A DNA stretch of 64,000 nucleotides from Chthoniobacter sp. (GTDB taxonomy: Bacteria > Verrucomicrobiota > Verrucomicrobiia > Chthoniobacterales > Chthoniobacteraceae): the NCBI GenBank assembly GCA_021414005.1, contig JAIOPH010000031.1, positions 111,973 to 175,972 on the forward strand. The letters are read 5' to 3'. This document shows, in pieces, positions 46,818 through 55,075 of this stretch. Within the stretch, counting starts at the first letter, position 1. Each line of letters starts with the position of its first letter. Below the pieces are notes generated by a model. The model ran no database searches. It was not told the origin of the DNA and saw only the letters and a program-made list of their open reading frames with translations. Both the position numbers and the translations under genes were made by a program.

Positions 46818-47948
46818 CTACTTTGGCGGAGCCGGGGCCTCGGCGATTTCCGTTACAACCGTCAGTTCGCGTCCGTCGCGCAGGATGCCGAGTTCGATTT
46901 TCGTGTTCAGCTCGGCTTCGGCCACGCGCTCGCGGAGCGCGTAAATGTCCGTGATCGGCTGGCCATTGAACCGCCGAATCACGTCGCGCTCGCGGAGCCC
47001 AGCGCGCTCGGCCGGGGAGCCGGGAAGCACGGCGATGATCAGAGATCCCTGGGCATCCGGCAACCGCAGTTCGCGGACGATTTCCGGAGTGAGGCTGAGC
47101 ATCTGCAAGCCGAGGTAGCCGCGGACGATGCGACCGGTTTTTAGCACGCTCTCCAGTGCCCGGCGCGCCACGTTGGCCGGGATGGCGAAGCTGATGCCCA
47201 GCCAGCCGCCTTCGCGCGAGGTGGAAAAAATCGCGCTGTTGATGCCGATGATTTCGCCCCGCAGGTTGAGCAGCGGCCCGCCAGAATTGCCCTGATTCAC
47301 CGCCGCGTCCGTCTGGAGAAACTCCACGCCGCTGTCGGCAATGGCGCGGCGGCCCTTGGCGCTCACGATGCCACGCGTCACCGTTTCCTGCAGGCCAAAG
47401 GGATTGCCGACCGCGATGACCATCTGGCCGACGCTCACCGCGTCGCTGTCGCCGAGCGGCAACGGCACGATGTCCGGCGCGTTGATCTTCAGCACCGCAA
47501 TGTCCGTGGCCGGGTCGGTGCCGATGACGTGCGCCGCCAGGTTGCGCCCGTCCGTCAGTTGCACCGCGATTTTTTCCATGCCCGTTACGACGTGGTGATT
47601 GGTGAGGATGTGCCCCTCTTTGGAAACGATGACGCCGGAGCCCATGGACTGCTGCTCCTGGGGCCGGCCATTGCCAAAGAGCAGCGCGCGCGGATCCTGC
47701 ACCGGGGCCGTGCGCGAGCTGGTGATGCTCACGACCGACGGTACCACCGCCGCGACAAGCCGCGTGTATTCGGCATCCATCGCGATGAGCACCTGCACAT
47801 CTTTCGGGTCGATTCGAGGCCCTTCGGCGGGCGTGTATTGTTTCGTGCCCGCGGCTGCCGGGCGCAGCGGAGAGTTCAACCGCTGCCAGCGGAAAAAGCC
47901 AAACGCGACGAGGGCGGTGAGGAGGACGAGGAAAAGCGAGCGGCGCAT
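46818..47948 (-). CDS. HtrA/DegP-family trypsin-like serine protease with PDZ
   Basis: GSGVIV, TNHHV, TDIAVLK, QTDAAVNQGNSGGPL. Confidence 0.93.
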   Translation of the reverse strand: MRRSLFLVLLTALVAFGFFRWQRLNSPLRPAAAGTKQYTPAEGPRIDPKDVQVLIAMDAEYTRLVAAVVPSVVSITSSRTAPVQDPRALLFGNGRPQEQQSMGSGVIVSKEGHILTNHHVVTGMEKIAVQLTDGRNLAAHVIGTDPATDIAVLKINAPDIVPLPLGDSDAVSVGQMVIAVGNPFGLQETVTRGIVSAKGRRAIADSGVEFLQTDAAVNQGNSGGPLLNLRGEIIGINSAIFSTSREGGWLGISFAIPANVARRALESVLKTGRIVRGYLGLQMLSLTPEIVRELRLPDAQGSLIIAVLPGSPAERAGLRERDVIRRFNGQPITDIYALRERVAEAELNTKIELGILRDGRELTVVTEIAEAPAPPK

Positions 47949-48050
47949 GGCTATCGGTGAGACCACGAAGAACACGAAAGCGCCCGCGCGGGGCAACCGA
48001 AACCGGCGCCTCCCCTCGAGGCCGCGCGTGATATTTGCAGTGGTGTCAAT

Positions 48051-50123
48051 TTAGCTGACTTGGGAAAGCGTGAGCTTGCGCCCATCGGCGAGCACGCGGC
48101 GGTAGCGACCATTCTCCGGGGCGGCGAGTTGTGGGTCGCGCTCGAAAAGCAGAAACGCCGCGTTGCGCGCGAGACGCATGAGTTCGTGATCGGCGAGCGG
48201 GTTGCCGAGTTTGAGCGGCGGCAGGCCGCTCTGCGCTGTGCCGAGGATGTCGCCGGGCCCGCGCATTTGCAGATCGGCCTCGGCGATTTTGAAGCCATCG
48301 GACGTCTCCTCAAGAATGCGCAGCTTTTCCAAAGCCTCGCCCTCCGCCTTCGCCGAGCGCAGCAGGATGCAATAGCTCTTGTGTTCGCCGCGTCCGATGC
48401 GCCCACGGAGTTGATGGAGCTGTGCGAGGCCGAACCGCTCGGCGTTTTCAATGAGCATGATGTTCGCGTTCGGCACGTCGATGCCCACCTCAATGACCGT
48501 TGTGGCAATGAGCGCCTGCGCCTCTCCGCGCCGGAAGCGCTCCATGATGGCGTCCTTTTCTTCCGGCGCGATGCGCCCGTGGAGCAGCTCGCATTTCATC
48601 GGCGCGAGTAGCTCCTGCCACTTCTTGGATTCGCCCGCCGCCGCTTTCGCCTCCAGCTTCTCCGTCTCGTCAATGAGCGGATAGACGATGTAGGCCTGCC
48701 GCCCCGCCGCCAGATGCTCGCGCAAAAATTTTACGGCCTCCGGGAGCTTCGCCGCATCGCGCGCGGCGGTGACGATTTTGCCGCGATTCTTCGGCAGTTC
48801 GTCGAGCGTGCTCACGTCGAGATCGCCGTAGAGCGTCATGGTCAGCGTGCGCGGGATCGGCGTCGCCGTCATCACCAGCACGTCCGGTGCGACGCCCTGA
48901 TCCCGCAGCCGCGCGCGCTGCATCACGCCGAACTTGTGTTGTTCATCGATCACCGCCAGCCCCAGCCGCGAAAACCCCGCGCCTTCGTAGAGCAGCGCGT
49001 GGGTGCCGACGAGGATGTGAGGGTCGTCGATCTCTTTCGAGGACTCGAAAAGAGGCAGCGGCCCGCTTTGCTCGGTGCGCGCAGCGGTGCGGAGGGCGAT
49101 GCGCAACCCGAGCGGTTCGCAGAGGTGGCGCAGCGTGAGGTAGTGCTGCTCGGCGAGGATTTGCGTGGGGGCCATGAGGGCGGCTTGGAAACCGGCCTCG
49201 ACGGCCAGAAGCATGGCACTCAGCGCGACGAGCGTTTTTCCGCTGCCGACATCGCCGTGTAGCAGCCGATTCATCGGACGCGGCGCGGCGAGGTCGGCGC
49301 GGATCTCCGCGATCGACCGGAGCTGTGCGCCCGTCAGCGGAAACGGCAGCGCGGCGTGCAGCCGGCGCATCAGCGCATCGCCAGTGGCATGCACCGCGCC
49401 GGGTTGCGCGGTCTGCTCGGCGCGCTTCGCGGCGATACTCACCTGCATGGCGAAAAACTCGCACAGGACGAGATGCCGCCGCGCTTCGTCGCGCCGCGCC
49501 CACGACTCGGGGAAATGAATCTGCCGCAGCGCCCACGCCCGCGGCATCGCGTCGAGCGTCGCCGGGAGGAGCGGCTCCACTTCGTCATCGCACAAACGCT
49601 CCAGCACCTCCCAAATCAACGCGCGCAGCAAGCGCGGTGACAGGCCCTCAGTCGCGGGATGAATGGGCACGATCCGTTTCAGGTGGATGGAAACCTCCGC
49701 GTCATCCTCCACCACCTCAAACTCAGGATGTGCGATGACCACGCCGGAGCCGCTCGGTTTCGGTTTTCCGTAAACGACCAGCCGCTGGCCGTGGATAATC
49801 ATCTTCTCGACCCAGTGCGCGTTGAACCACCGGCAGAGCAGCGGTGGGCTCAGCGCGTGCGCGGCTTCCTCTTCCAGCACCACGTCGAACATTTTCTGGG
49901 AACCGCGGATGCGCCGGACGCTGGTTTTTTTCACGATACCGCACACGCACACCGGCTCCGCAGTATCGCCGCTCGGGAAGCGGTCGAACTGGTTGCGATC
50001 CTCGTAGCGCTTCGGAAAATGCGTGAGCAGCGCCCCGACCGTGCCGAGCCCGAAGCGTTCGAGCTGCCGCTGCCGCTGCAGCGGAAGCCATTTCAGCGCG
50101 TTCAGCGGCGTGTCGAGATTCAC
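48051..50123 (-). CDS. recG: ATP-dependent DNA helicase RecG
   Basis: LLHGDVGSGKT, APTQILAEQH, DEQHKFG, MTATPIPRTL, AERFGLAQLHQLRGRIGRG. Confidence 0.97.
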   Translation of the reverse strand: MNLDTPLNALKWLPLQRQRQLERFGLGTVGALLTHFPKRYEDRNQFDRFPSGDTAEPVCVCGIVKKTSVRRIRGSQKMFDVVLEEEAAHALSPPLLCRWFNAHWVEKMIIHGQRLVVYGKPKPSGSGVVIAHPEFEVVEDDAEVSIHLKRIVPIHPATEGLSPRLLRALIWEVLERLCDDEVEPLLPATLDAMPRAWALRQIHFPESWARRDEARRHLVLCEFFAMQVSIAAKRAEQTAQPGAVHATGDALMRRLHAALPFPLTGAQLRSIAEIRADLAAPRPMNRLLHGDVGSGKTLVALSAMLLAVEAGFQAALMAPTQILAEQHYLTLRHLCEPLGLRIALRTAARTEQSGPLPLFESSKEIDDPHILVGTHALLYEGAGFSRLGLAVIDEQHKFGVMQRARLRDQGVAPDVLVMTATPIPRTLTMTLYGDLDVSTLDELPKNRGKIVTAARDAAKLPEAVKFLREHLAAGRQAYIVYPLIDETEKLEAKAAAGESKKWQELLAPMKCELLHGRIAPEEKDAIMERFRRGEAQALIATTVIEVGIDVPNANIMLIENAERFGLAQLHQLRGRIGRGEHKSYCILLRSAKAEGEALEKLRILEETSDGFKIAEADLQMRGPGDILGTAQSGLPPLKLGNPLADHELMRLARNAAFLLFERDPQLAAPENGRYRRVLADGRKLTLSQVS

Positions 50124-50275
50124 GCGCGCAACTTAGCCGGGGAGCGCGGCGCGCTGGCAAAGAAAATCTCCGCCGGACAGGCCGGCTTCCTGCTACTGGA
50201 AGACGTTGCCCATGCGGAAAACCCGTTGACCAGTGGAGGTGCAGAGCTAGCCTCGCGCCTCCCCAATCCATCCGT

Positions 50276-50791
50276 ATGACCAACAAAATTCGTATCTGCC
50301 TCATCGCCGTCGCCTTCATCCTCAGTGCGCCGGGGATCTTCGCTGCCGAGAAATCGCTCTATGAGCCGAAAACCGCGCAGAAGCTGGACCTCCACAAGCT
50401 CTCGTTCTTTGGCCCGCAGGCCTCGAAATTCAAGTATGACGCCCGCATGATCCACGCGGCCGAGATTGCCTCGGCCCGCGCGCGATCGCACTCCACCAGC
50501 CGCTGCTGGCACTACGTCAAAGACGCGCTGCTCGCGGCCAAGATCGTCGAGACTCGGCCGACCACCGGCTACGCCAAGGAAGCCGCTGCGGAACTCACAA
50601 CAGACTACGGCTTTCGCAAAATCAAGGAGACCAACCCCTACAACGCGCCCCTCGGCTCCGTGCTCGTCTATGGCGGCAAAGGCGCGGGCCACGTGGAGTT
50701 CCGTACGCGGCTCGGCTTCGTGAGCGATTTCGTTTCGCTCAAGCCCTCGCCACGCCCGCTCATCGGCATCTACGTCAAGCCGCGCGCGTAG
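50276..50791 (+). CDS. Secreted hypothetical protein, possible NlpC/P60-CHAP-like Cys-His hydrolase
   Basis: Signal peptide; RCWHYVKDAL (Cys) and LVYGGKGAGHVE (His). Confidence 0.55.
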   Translation: MTNKIRICLIAVAFILSAPGIFAAEKSLYEPKTAQKLDLHKLSFFGPQASKFKYDARMIHAAEIASARARSHSTSRCWHYVKDALLAAKIVETRPTTGYAKEAAAELTTDYGFRKIKETNPYNAPLGSVLVYGGKGAGHVEFRTRLGFVSDFVSLKPSPRPLIGIYVKPRA

Positions 50792-50826
50792 TCGGCGCGA
50801 GCGCGTGTCATAACGCAAATCCTCCC

Positions 50827-50854
50827 TTGCCGGGGCGCGCGGCCCCGCTAGTTT
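50827..50854 (+). promoter_or_regulatory. Candidate sigma-70 promoter upstream of the riboswitch
   Basis: TTGCCG-N16-TAGTTT, about 30 nt before the aptamer. Confidence 0.4.
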
Positions 50855-50882
50855 CCGCGCCAGTTCTTTTCAACACGCAACT

Positions 50883-50977
50883 GCATCACGAGTGCCCGGG
50901 CGATTTCCGCCGGGGCTGCCAACCTGGTTGGAGAAACCAAGGTGGAACCGAGCGACCGAGTGAGTCGCCCGCGATGT
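50883..50977 (+). ncRNA. SAM riboswitch aptamer (SAM-I clan, SAM-I/IV-like)
   Basis: P1 GCATC/GATGT; J1/2 ACGAG; P2 GCCCGGG/CCGGGGC; P3 GCCAACC-TGGTT...AACCA-AGGTGG; P4 GCGAC/GTCGC. Confidence 0.8.
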
Positions 50978-51047
50978 GCGCACCGGCCCTCTGCCGGGAG
51001 CGAACCGAAATCTCCCGCGATGCTCTTGTCCAATCGCACCACGCATC

Positions 51048-51269
51048 ATGTTTCAATTCTCGCTCCGGGTGAACCCGGCGAATCCCAATCATCATCTCTG
51101 GAACAACAACGGCACTTGGTTCATCCACTACGTCGTCCATCCCACGCCCTTCACGAAGGAGCGCATCCGGCGCACGCTCGGCACCAAATCGCTCGCCGAA
51201 GCCCGCGCGCGTCGCGACGCCATCCTCGCCGCTGCCGAAGCGCCGGTGCCGCTGGCGCTCGCCGCGTGA
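51048..51269 (+). CDS. 73-aa protein resembling an integrase Arm-type (DUF6538-like) DNA-binding domain, with no catalytic domain
   Basis: HLWNNNGTWFIHYVVH..KERIRRTLGTKSLAEARARRDAIL: three beta strands, then LGT, then a helix. Confidence 0.7.
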   Translation: MFQFSLRVNPANPNHHLWNNNGTWFIHYVVHPTPFTKERIRRTLGTKSLAEARARRDAILAAAEAPVPLALAA

Positions 51270-51302
51270 GGCGACCGCTTCTCGGGGAGTGACAGGTGGC
51301 GG

Positions 51303-52370
51303 GTGGCGGGCGAAAAGGACGGCGTGAACGTCATCGCCGCATATCGCCAACTCGAGGCGCGCATCCTCGCGGCGCTGCGCGCGGATTTACGCGAGGAGGA
51401 ATTCGGCGCGCTGGCGCTGGAGGCGCACGTTTTTCAAAAGCGCTGGAACACGCCCTACGCGAATTTTTGTGCGACGCGTCCCGCGGCGGCGCACTGGCGG
51501 GAGATTCCAGCGGTGCCGCAGAACATTTTCAAAAGCGCGCGCCTCTCGGTCGCGCCGCCAGATCTGGTGACGCGGACGTTTCGCACGAGCGGGACCACGG
51601 GCGAAACGCGGGGCGAGCACCATTTCATCGACACGCAGCTATACGACGCGGCGATGCTGCGCGGCTGGGATTTGCTGACGGCGCGCCGCGCGGACGCCAC
51701 GATCCTGCTCGTGCCGGCGGACACCGACGCACCGCATTCCTCGCTCGCGCACATGCTGGGTGTGCTGGCGCGCGAACGGTCGGGCGGGATGGCCTGCGCG
51801 GCGGTCGGCGCGGACGGGCGGCTTGATGGAGAGAGAGCGCGCGCGGCGCTGGCGGAGGCGTTTTCCCGGCGTCAATCCGTGGCGTTGCTCGGGACGGCGC
51901 TGGCATTTTTGCATCTCTCCGAGCAACTCGGCGAGGCGCGTCTGGCGGTGCGTCCGGGAAGTTTTGCGCTCGAAACCGGCGGCTACAAGGGCAGCGGACG
52001 CGATGTGCCGAAGACGGAGCTGTACGCGGGGATGAGCGCGCTTTTTGGGCTGCCGCCCGGCGACATTTTCAACGAATACGGTATGACGGAACTCAGCTCG
52101 CAGTTCTACACGCGCGGGCTGGGAGGCGCGCACGAGGGGCCGCCGTGGTTGCGCGCGGCGGTCTTTGATCCCGAGACAGGCGGCGAGGTGGCGGTGGGCG
52201 AAACGGGGGTGCTGCGGATTTTTGATCTGGCAAATCTCGGCTCGGTGCTGGCAGTGGAAACACAGGATCTCGCAGTGCGGCGGGAGGGCGGTTTTGAACT
52301 GCTCGGGCGCGACCCGGCGGCGCTCCCGCGTGGCTGCTCCCGCGCGGCCGATGAAAGGATGCGCGCGTGA
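51303..52370 (+). CDS. LuxE-like acyl-protein synthetase
   Basis: FRTSGTTG, LETGGYKG, NEYGMTELSSQFY, ELLGR...PRGCS; start uncertain (GTG 51303 or 51324). Confidence 0.85.
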   Translation: MAGEKDGVNVIAAYRQLEARILAALRADLREEEFGALALEAHVFQKRWNTPYANFCATRPAAAHWREIPAVPQNIFKSARLSVAPPDLVTRTFRTSGTTGETRGEHHFIDTQLYDAAMLRGWDLLTARRADATILLVPADTDAPHSSLAHMLGVLARERSGGMACAAVGADGRLDGERARAALAEAFSRRQSVALLGTALAFLHLSEQLGEARLAVRPGSFALETGGYKGSGRDVPKTELYAGMSALFGLPPGDIFNEYGMTELSSQFYTRGLGGAHEGPPWLRAAVFDPETGGEVAVGETGVLRIFDLANLGSVLAVETQDLAVRREGGFELLGRDPAALPRGCSRAADERMRA

Positions 52371-52422
52371 AGGCGCCGGGTCGCGTGCTCCCCCGGAACA
52401 TCGGGCGACAGTCTCCCTTACC

Positions 52423-53499
52423 ATGAACACCGCTACGCGCGCCGCCCACCTCGCCGCTCCCGCAGCGGGCTTCCCGTTTCTCGGACGCACGACGGCAGAC
52501 GAACTCCTCGCGCTGGTGCGCGCGGAGCTGGGGCACCCGGAGGCGCTGGATGATTTCGTCCCGTATGCGGGCCACATGGCGCAAGCCGTCGCCGTAAAAA
52601 CGATCCTTCATGTGATCAGCGGCAACACCCCCGCAGCGGGGTTGCAAAGTGTGATTCGCGGGCTGCTGCTCGGGGCGCACAATCTTTGCAAAGTGCCGTC
52701 CGCCGGGCTACCGGAGCTGGCGGAGTTTCGCGCGGCGCTGCCGCCGGAGCTGGCGGCGCGCGTGGAACTCGCTGGCGAGTTGCCGGACGCCTGGCTGGCG
52801 CGGGCCGAGGCGGTCATCGTCTTCGGGCACGATGCGACGATCGCACATTTCCGCGCTCTGGCGCAGCCTGGCCAGCGTTTTATCGCGCACGGACACCGGT
52901 TGAGTTTCGGCGTGGTTTTCGAGGATACTGCGGGCGCATCCGCGTCACTCGCGGCGCGCGACGCGTCGCTTTTCGACCAGCAGGGCTGTCTCTCGCCGCA
53001 CGTCTTTTATGTGGCCGGCGACGCCCGCGCGTATGCCGCACGGCTGGCGGAGGCGATGGCCGCCTTTCAAGCACTGGAGCCGCGCGCCCGCGTGGCGCTT
53101 GCCGCGGCGAATTCCATTCGCACGCGTCGCGAAGAGCTGGCCTTTCGCGCCGCGCAGGGCGAACCGGTGGCGCTTTGGGCCAGCGCAGATTCGACCGCGT
53201 GGACGGTGGCGTACGACGAAGCCCCCGGCTTTCCGCGCTCGCCGCTGAACCGCTTTGTCTTCGTCAAGCCGCTGCCGGCGGACTTCGCGGCGGAACTCCG
53301 CGAGGTGCGCCCGCACCTGAGCTGCGCCGGGCTCTGGCCGGCCACGCTCGCACACGCGCGCCAGCTTGCGCCGCTGGGCGTCTCGCGCCTTTGCCCGCTC
53401 GGGCAGATGCAAGTGCCACCGTGGACCTGGCTGCAGGACGGCGCGCCTGCGCTGACTCCGCTCGTCCACTGGATCGGTGCGGAAGAGTTGTGCGAGTAG
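52423..53499 (+). CDS. LuxC-like acyl-CoA reductase (short form)
   Basis: HVISGNTP, AVIVFG.DATI, FDQQGCLSPH (catalytic Cys), RLCPLGQMQ.P.W. Confidence 0.8.
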   Translation: MNTATRAAHLAAPAAGFPFLGRTTADELLALVRAELGHPEALDDFVPYAGHMAQAVAVKTILHVISGNTPAAGLQSVIRGLLLGAHNLCKVPSAGLPELAEFRAALPPELAARVELAGELPDAWLARAEAVIVFGHDATIAHFRALAQPGQRFIAHGHRLSFGVVFEDTAGASASLAARDASLFDQQGCLSPHVFYVAGDARAYAARLAEAMAAFQALEPRARVALAAANSIRTRREELAFRAAQGEPVALWASADSTAWTVAYDEAPGFPRSPLNRFVFVKPLPADFAAELREVRPHLSCAGLWPATLAHARQLAPLGVSRLCPLGQMQVPPWTWLQDGAPALTPLVHWIGAEELCE

Positions 53500-53538
53500 A
53501 GAGTTGCATTGCGCGCGGGTGCCGCGCAATTTTCCCGC

Positions 53539-53757
53539 ATGTCGAAAGAAGACGCGATCAAGACAGAAGGCGTCGTCCAGGAAGTTCTCCCCGGAACCAT
53601 GTTCCGCGTGAAGCTGCCGAACGGCACGCTGGTCCTCGCCCATATTTCCGGAAAAATGCGCAAACACTTCATTCGCATTGTGCCCGGCGACAAAGTCGAG
53701 GTCGAACTGTCGCCTTACGACTTGTCGAAGGCGCGGATCATCTTTCGCGAAAAATAA
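53539..53757 (+). CDS. infA: Translation initiation factor IF-1
   Basis: MSKEDAI...LPGTMFRV...[26 protein letters not shown]. Confidence 0.98.
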   Translation: MSKEDAIKTEGVVQEVLPGTMFRVKLPNGTLVLAHISGKMRKHFIRIVPGDKVEVELSPYDLSKARIIFREK

Positions 53758-53814
53758 ACGCGGCGACCAAGCACCCTTTCACCAACAAGAAACCAGCCCA
53801 ACCCATTACGCACC

Positions 53815-54183
53815 ATGTCCGACGAAACGCATCCGAAACCCGCGGCGAGCAATCTCGAAAACGCCAAAGCCCACGCGAAAGACGCCGTGGAGTCCACCAA
53901 AGCCCACCTCAGGGAGGCCGTGGGCGATACCAAGGAGCACCTCAAAAGCGCCGCCGATGACCTCCGCGCCGCTGCCGAGGCCAAGGCGCGCGAACTGCGC
54001 GAGACAGCGTCGGCGCGCACGGCTGAACTCCGCGGTCGGGCCGAGCAAACCTACGGCGAGACGCGCGAACGCGTGCGCACGCTGCAGGAGGATGGCGAGG
54101 CTTACGTCCGCGCGAATCCGACGAAGGCGGTGCTGACCGCCGTGGCTGCGGGCTTTGTGCTCGGGCTGATTTTCCGCCGCTAG
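53815..54183 (+). CDS. DUF883/YqjD/ElaB-family tail-anchored protein
   Basis: Ala/Glu-rich helices; YVRANPTKAVLTAVAAGFVLGLIFRR tail. Confidence 0.85.
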   Translation: MSDETHPKPAASNLENAKAHAKDAVESTKAHLREAVGDTKEHLKSAADDLRAAAEAKARELRETASARTAELRGRAEQTYGETRERVRTLQEDGEAYVRANPTKAVLTAVAAGFVLGLIFRR

Positions 54184-54193
54184 GACCGGCGCG

Positions 54194-54619
54194 ATGCCCG
54201 ACCCTGTGTCCGAAGATTTCCGCGCGACGGAGGCAGCCGGAATCTTCGGCCACCTCACCGCACTCGTCTCCGCTAAGCTCGCGTATCTGCGCGCGCGCCT
54301 GGAACTCGCGGGACTGGAGGGCCGCGAGGCGGCGGTGCATTACGGCGTCATCTTCGGACTGGCGATCGGCGGGCTCATCGCGGTGACCTTCGGCTACTTC
54401 TTTTTTGTCATCGCGGTCGTCTTTCTCGTCGCTCATCTGATCGGCGGGGCGACCGCGTGGATCTGGGTGACGCTGGGCGCGGCGGCGGTGCATTTTCTCG
54501 GCGCGGCGGTGCTGCTGATCATCGCCAAATCGCGGCTGGGGACGCCGATGTTTTCCGCTTCGCTGCATGAACTCAAACACGACCAGGAATGGCTGAAGAC
54601 CAACGCAAAGCCGAACTGA
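54194..54619 (+). CDS. YqjE-like membrane protein (holin-X/DUF1469 superfamily)
   Basis: RLELAGLE, two TM segments, ELKHDQEWL; follows the DUF883 gene. Confidence 0.8.
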   Translation: MPDPVSEDFRATEAAGIFGHLTALVSAKLAYLRARLELAGLEGREAAVHYGVIFGLAIGGLIAVTFGYFFFVIAVVFLVAHLIGGATAWIWVTLGAAAVHFLGAAVLLIIAKSRLGTPMFSASLHELKHDQEWLKTNAKPN

Positions 54620-54978
54620 CCACCGAACTCGCCCAAGCCCGCGCCCGCCTGACCTCGAATTTCGGCGCACTGCGGCGCGAGCTGGATTTTCCCGGACGGG
54701 TGAAGGGAACCGTCAGGAAACATCCCGCCGTGTGGCTGGGCGGAGCCACGCTCTTTGGCATGCTGCTTTCCAAACTGCCGGCGCGGAGAAAAAAGATTGT
54801 CGTCACCACCGACGGGAAGCCGGCGAAATTCGCCGCCACCGCCGGTCGAACCGGTCTGCTTTTAGGTTCCTTAAAAATTGCCTTCGATCTCGCGCGGCCC
54901 GCGCTTGCGAAGTGGGCCGGCCAGCGCGTGGCGGATTACATGGACGGCGCGCAGCGAAGCCGGCGTCCGCCCGAGTGA
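54589..54978 (+). CDS. YqjK-like hypothetical protein
   Basis: Third gene of the DUF883-YqjE-YqjK-type operon; RKHPAVWLGGATLFG. Confidence 0.6.
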   Translation: MAEDQRKAELTTELAQARARLTSNFGALRRELDFPGRVKGTVRKHPAVWLGGATLFGMLLSKLPARRKKIVVTTDGKPAKFAATAGRTGLLLGSLKIAFDLARPALAKWAGQRVADYMDGAQRSRRPPE

Positions 54979-55075
54979 ACGGCCCGCAAACCCTGCAAGC
55001 ATCAGCTTTTCGCGGCGACGCGGAAAGTTTCCTTTGCATTTCATTCGCCCGCCGATAGCAGTCACGAAAAGCGCC

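Noticed and set aside
47962-47980. 9-bp repeat accacgaag aacacgaaa upstream of htrA
   Set aside because: Only two imperfect units; not enough to call an element.
51303-53499. Bioluminescence operon
   Set aside because: No luxA, luxB, luxD or luxG in the window; orphan luxC/luxE pairs are known from non-luminous bacteria.
54194-54619. Prophage holin
   Set aside because: The holin-superfamily similarity belongs to the chromosomal DUF883-YqjE-YqjK-type operon; no phage genes are nearby.
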